Notes under the pieces: model-generated
Told to the model about the DNA's origin: nothing
What the model saw: the letters and a program-made list of their open reading frames with translations, nothing else
Database searches by the model: none
In this document: positions 46,304 through 49,561 of the stretch, piece by piece
How the letters are laid out: the number at the start of each line of letters is the position of its first letter
Numbering within the stretch: the stretch's first letter is position 1
Source of the DNA: Candidatus Roizmanbacteria bacterium
Lineage (GTDB): Bacteria > Patescibacteriota > Microgenomatia > UBA1406 > GWC2-37-13
Direction: 5' to 3'
DNA length: 49,561 nt
Assembly: GCA_016181725.1 (NCBI GenBank)
Contig: JACOYT010000018.1
Span: 1 to 49,561, forward strand
Translations under genes and position numbers: made by a program

Positions 46304-46312
46304 TGGTATAAT
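46304..46312 (+). promoter_or_regulatory. extended -10 box (TGgTATAAT) for a leaderless GTG-initiated rmuC transcript
   Basis: The hexamer is at 46307-46312, exactly 6 nt before GTG 46319. Confidence 0.5.
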
Positions 46313-46318
46313 TCTCTC

Positions 46319-47323
46319 GTGAGCGCCCAACTCGTTTTAGTTATTGCTGTCGTCTTATTTATTGTTCTTCTTGTCGTAATCCGTCTGTGGCTCAACAGGC
46401 TTGAGGAGAAGGGAAAGCTTTCGGAGGAACTTTTGGAGGTAATAAAGATGCTCCAGACCGGAAGCAAAGAAGATCGCAAAGTCCTTCTTCAATCTTTACA
46501 AAAAAACACACAGGCTCTCAATGAGCGCCTTGACAATGCGGCAAAAATCATAGGCGGTGTCCAAAGGAGCATCGGAGAGTTTTCAGAAATAGGGCGCTCG
46601 ATGAAGGAACTCCAAGACTTTCTTCAGTCCCCAAAGCTTCGCGGAAATATAGGAGAACAGATCTTGAAAGATCTTCTTTCTCAATACTTCCCAAAAGACT
46701 CATTTAAACTTCAATATACCTTTAAAAATGGCGAAAAGGTTGATGCAATCTTAAAAACATCTGCAGGCCTCATTCCTATAGACTCAAAGTTTCCTATGGA
46801 AAACTATCGTCGAATCCTTAAGGAGAGCAATCCGAAGGAAAAAGAAAGATTGATGAAAGAGTTTGTGCGAGACGTAAAAAAACATATCCAGGACATCTCC
46901 AAAAAGTACATCTCCGTCTCTGAGGGAACCGTAGATTATGCCCTGATGTATGTGCCCTCTGAGGCAGTCTTTTACGAAATCATCAATAGTTCAGAAGTGT
47001 TCGATTACTCGGGCTACAAACGGGTGATCCCTGTCTCTCCCATGAGTTTCTATGCCTTTTTGCGGTCGATCCTCATGTCAATGGAGGGACAACGAATTCA
47101 GGCAAAAGCACGGGAGATCTTGGAAATTCTTCAGGCAATCAAGAAAGATTATGAGAAAACAGACGATGCGCTCTCTATTCTGACCAAGCACATTACCAAT
47201 GCCTATAACCAGCTTGCGCAGGTTGGGAAAAACTTCATGTCATTGGGACAAAAAATCCAAACAACGCGCCTCCTTGGTTCGGAAGAAAAACAGGAGAGAC
47301 TTCTTGAGGAAGATCTCAATTAA
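46319..47323 (+). CDS. rmuC: DNA recombination protein RmuC
   Basis: An N-terminal TM segment and coiled coil, then PKLRGNIGEQILKDLL, VDAILK...IPIDSKFP, and YALMYVPSEAVF. Confidence 0.85.
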   Translation: MSAQLVLVIAVVLFIVLLVVIRLWLNRLEEKGKLSEELLEVIKMLQTGSKEDRKVLLQSLQKNTQALNERLDNAAKIIGGVQRSIGEFSEIGRSMKELQDFLQSPKLRGNIGEQILKDLLSQYFPKDSFKLQYTFKNGEKVDAILKTSAGLIPIDSKFPMENYRRILKESNPKEKERLMKEFVRDVKKHIQDISKKYISVSEGTVDYALMYVPSEAVFYEIINSSEVFDYSGYKRVIPVSPMSFYAFLRSILMSMEGQRIQAKAREILEILQAIKKDYEKTDDALSILTKHITNAYNQLAQVGKNFMSLGQKIQTTRLLGSEEKQERLLEEDLN

Positions 47324-47328
47324 TTGTC

Positions 47329-47820
47329 TTATCTTTTTGGAAGTTGAAAGTGGTCAGGATGAAGTTGGACAAATTCAAGAAGAATCGAATTTTGTTCTAA
47401 TACGCTCCATGCCCTCTTGAGTTCTTTTCTTGCTCGCTTTCTCTCTTTTGGCGACGTTGCTTCGTCTTTCCCAGGTAATCCTCGATGCAATTCCCCGACC
47501 GCTATTACCTCATCGTCATTTAATCCCGTTTGAACGCCCAAGTCAAAGTTGATCGCACCTTCTAAGACTTCTCTTCCCAAGTCAATAGCTCGTGCATGCG
47601 AGCTTCCATTTATAAGTTCTCCGTTTGAGACGTGATCGCCGCCCAAAAGCTCGTCGATTCCTGCTATCATATCATCGGCTACGCCCAGAACCTCCAGTCC
47701 CGCCTGATAAGCGTTTGCGGCAAGATGTCGATCTCGTTCAAATTTTTCTTGGGAAACTAAGCCGATCTCGGTTTTCGGCACACGCGGCTTTGGGGGTCTT
47801 AGAAATTCAACGTTTGTCAT
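47329..47820 (-). CDS. hypothetical acidic protein (no recognisable family)
   Basis: 163 aa ORF whose local GC content is higher than the surroundings by eye. No motif recognised. Confidence 0.45.
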   Translation of the reverse strand: MTNVEFLRPPKPRVPKTEIGLVSQEKFERDRHLAANAYQAGLEVLGVADDMIAGIDELLGGDHVSNGELINGSSHARAIDLGREVLEGAINFDLGVQTGLNDDEVIAVGELHRGLPGKDEATSPKERKRARKELKRAWSVLEQNSILLEFVQLHPDHFQLPKR

Positions 47821-47907
47821 AAAATGAAAAAATCCCGCCTTGGCTGGGATTAACTTGCACGTTGGTGATTTTTACATTCCGTATTTAGTATAGTACGGAA
47901 ATTTGCA

Positions 47908-47936
47908 TTGTCAAGTAGTCCTCTAATCTATATAAT
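47908..47936 (+). promoter_or_regulatory. sigma-70-type promoter upstream of aspS
   Basis: TTGTCA (47908-47913), a 17 nt spacer, then TATAAT (47931-47936). The ATG is at 47961. Confidence 0.45.
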
Positions 47937-47960
47937 TGACAGTAATCTTAAGCCCCCCGT

Positions 47961-49244
47961 ATGAAAAAAATTTACAACGAGGATACTATTGATAAAATCG
48001 GTGAGGAGGTTGAGCTTTTTGGATGGGTTCAGAATATACGTGACCACAAAAAGATCGTCTTTGTTGATCTTCGAGACCGAACCGGTATCGTGCAGGTTGT
48101 TGGAGACGAGAAATTTAGGAAGCTCTCACCTGAAGATGTAATCTCTGTAAAAGGTGTTGTTAAAGAGCGGCCCAAAAACCTTGTCAATCCGAAGCTTATG
48201 AGTAAGGACGATCTCAACGTCACCCTCCCTACTCTTCTTGATTATCGTGCCCTCACGTTGCGCCACCCGAAGGTTCGCGCGATCTTTGAAGTGCAGGAAG
48301 TAGTCATCGACTCCTTTCGAAAAACCATGAAAGAGTTTGGGTTTGTTGAGTTCCAAGCACCTCTCATTGTTCCCTCAAAAACCGAAGGGGGCGCTGAGGT
48401 TTTTGCGGTGAAATACTTTCATTATGACGTCTATCTTGGACAAAGTCCCCAGCTTTACAAACAAATTATGCTCGGCGCCTTTGAAAAGGTTTTTACGGTA
48501 ACACGTGCATTTCGGGCAGAACCAAGTGTAACTACGCGCCATCTCACAGAATATATTAGTTTGGATGCAGAGATGGCATTCATTGATTCGTGGCAAGAGA
48601 TTTTGGAGGCGGTGGAGGCTCTTATTCGAAAGATTATGGAGACTGTGGAAGAAAGTTGCAAAGAACAGCTCCGAATGTATAACGCAAAAGTGCCGAAAGT
48701 CTCAAAGAAGATTCCACAGCTTAAACTAAAAGAGGCCCAAGAGTTAATCTATAAACGAACCAAACGCGACATACGAGGCGAACCGGATCTCTCACCAACC
48801 GATGAGGAGGAGATTTGTAAGTGGGTATTTGAGGAAAAAAGCTCAGAATTTGTTTTTATCACCCACTACCCACTTGAGAAACGCCCCTTTTATACTCATC
48901 CTGATCCCAAAGATCCAAACCATACATTAAGTTTTGATCTTTTATGTCGCGGATTAGAGTGGGTTACTGGAGGTCAACGAATCAATGATTACAACCACTT
49001 GGTGGAAAATATTAAGAAATGGGGTGATGCGCCTTATGATTTTGAGTTGTATCTTCAAGCTTTTCGCTTCGGCATGCCTCCTGAAGGAGGTTTTTGCTTG
49101 GGAGCAGAAAGAATCACAGAAAAAATTCTTGGCCTTGCAAACGTTAGAGAAGCCTCCCTCTTCCCCCGAGACATGGAAAGAGTTGACGTAGGAAGAGCAA
49201 AAAATAATTTAGAATTAAGAGTTAAGAATTATGAATTAAATTAA
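47961..49244 (+). CDS. aspS: aspartyl-tRNA synthetase, archaeal/eukaryotic-type class IIb; the last ~13 codons are supplied by a repeat element
   Basis: An N-terminal OB fold (GWVQNIRDHKKIVFVDLRDRTG), motif 2 (FRAEPSVTTRHLTEY) and motif 3 (GGFCLGAERI). After FPRDMERV the ORF continues about 20 aa into the AT-rich repeat. Confidence 0.9.
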   Translation: MKKIYNEDTIDKIGEEVELFGWVQNIRDHKKIVFVDLRDRTGIVQVVGDEKFRKLSPEDVISVKGVVKERPKNLVNPKLMSKDDLNVTLPTLLDYRALTLRHPKVRAIFEVQEVVIDSFRKTMKEFGFVEFQAPLIVPSKTEGGAEVFAVKYFHYDVYLGQSPQLYKQIMLGAFEKVFTVTRAFRAEPSVTTRHLTEYISLDAEMAFIDSWQEILEAVEALIRKIMETVEESCKEQLRMYNAKVPKVSKKIPQLKLKEAQELIYKRTKRDIRGEPDLSPTDEEEICKWVFEEKSSEFVFITHYPLEKRPFYTHPDPKDPNHTLSFDLLCRGLEWVTGGQRINDYNHLVENIKKWGDAPYDFELYLQAFRFGMPPEGGFCLGAERITEKILGLANVREASLFPRDMERVDVGRAKNNLELRVKNYELN

Positions 49245-49306
49245 GAATCAAGAATTAATTCTAAATTCTACATTCATTCTTAATTCTGAATTATAAATTC
49301 TGAATT
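49205..49306 (+). repeat. ~100 nt AT-rich palindromic repeat, copy 2
   Basis: It matches the reverse complement of 34464-34563. Internally, agaattaaga (49211-49220) pairs with tcttaattct (49278-49287). Confidence 0.9.
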
Positions 49307-49362
49307 CCTGTGCCGTATCGCTTTTATTTCCTTTTTCCTTTTTTCTCCCTTCTCTTCCTTTT

Positions 49363-49561
49363 CTATCCTGGTGATTCCCAATATCTAAAGATCTTTGCGT
49401 ACCATCGCAAGCTTTTCTCACAAAGGGACCAGCCGGTATCAATAAAACTCCATCCTGTCCCCGTAAGAAGTACTTCTGCTTCTCCATTTATTTTTGCTGA
49501 AGGAGTATATGTTGCCGATCTTCCCTCTTTTACTCCTGTCTTTGAGAAAAATTCCAGCCAA
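49363..49561 (-). CDS. 3' end of an unidentified gene entering from beyond the window
   Basis: The minus-strand frame is open from the window edge: WLEFFSKTGVKEGRSATYTPSAKINGEAEVLLTGTGWSFIDTGWSLCEKSLRWYAKIFRYWESPG, then a stop at 49363-49365. It has more protein-like composition than the overlapping 79 aa ORF. Confidence 0.4.
   Translation of the reverse strand, partial: WLEFFSKTGVKEGRSATYTPSAKINGEAEVLLTGTGWSFIDTGWSLCEKSLRWYAKIFRYWESPG

Noticed and set aside
9082-49310. The AT-rich word-like spacers (9082-9115, 10223-10348, 25779-25871, 27302-27359, 34459-34563, 36456-36533, 43950-43999, 49245-49310) as a possible CRISPR array or arrays.
   Set aside because: No regularly spaced identical repeats with unique spacers are present. 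The elements are single or palindromic, under 130 nt, and sit in ordinary intergenic spacers. The 27302-27359 and 43950-43999 spacers show only degenerate 7-9 nt word reiteration (caaaagt / actttgc), which I could not distinguish from low-complexity sequence.
49248-49487. A 79 aa minus-strand ORF (MEKQKYFLRGQDG...KGREGRKKEKGNK...).
   Set aside because: The second half is low complexity and is encoded by the polypyrimidine tract and the AT-rich repeat. A different frame, open to the window edge, gives a more protein-like C-terminus (49363-49561).
1-49561. Possible alternative genetic code (UGA recoding as in some CPR lineages).
   Set aside because: TGA ends well-supported genes at their expected lengths, for example the GT4 gene at 2689-2691 and uxs at 9079-9081. 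No recognised gene is broken by in-frame TGA, so the standard code fits.
1-49561. tRNA, rRNA, tmRNA, RNase P and SRP RNA genes.
   Set aside because: I scanned the spacers by eye for T-loop (GGTTCGAATCC-like), RNase P P4 (GAGGAAAGTCC) and SRP (GGAAGCAGCC) signatures and found none. All spacers longer than 100 nt are accounted for by the elements described above.

Overview
The window is a gene-dense stretch of moderately AT-rich bacterial chromosome read with the standard genetic code (TGA, TAA and TAG all end good ORFs). I found about 58 protein-coding genes and no rRNA, tRNA or CRISPR array. Most of it is housekeeping: glyA, a TRAM-less miaB-like gene, a nucleotide-sugar and glycosyltransferase block (rfbB, rfbD, ugd, uxs, GT2-GtrA), metK, argS, radA, efp, the hrcA-grpE-dnaK-dnaJ operon with a CIRCE operator, cca, secD and secF, bL25, nusA, a minimal infB, rmuC and an archaeal-type aspS. 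The mix of shortened core genes (N-terminus-less IF-2, short HrcA, TRAM-less MiaB) and DUF4012, DUF3048, DUF4446, DUF5679 and PEGA proteins suggests a Patescibacteria/CPR-like genome. That is an inference, not a measurement. The most interesting observations are these. (1) An MshC-architecture cysteine ligase sits divergently next to an LmbE/MshB-type deacetylase, a possible low-molecular-weight thiol pathway. (2) A ~260 nt rod-like inverted-repeat element lies between rfbB and rfbD, with G-U pairs that only work on the + strand. (3) A ~170 nt nested-stem RNA candidate lies upstream of miaB. (4) A ~100 nt AT-rich palindromic repeat occurs twice in inverse orientation, once between secD and secF and once supplying the 3' end of aspS. 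(5) Perfect 28 bp direct repeats bracket the GT2-GtrA gene. (6) A RAYT transposase flanked by REP hairpins sits beside the hrcA promoter. (7) Two paralogous orphan genes bracket a small island. (8) A DUF763 gene is split by a +1 frameshift. (9) A DHH-family protein has lost all its catalytic residues. (10) A -10 box recurs exactly 6 nt upstream of start codons, implying widespread leaderless mRNAs. Family names and motif comparisons come from memory and by-eye alignment. No database search was run.
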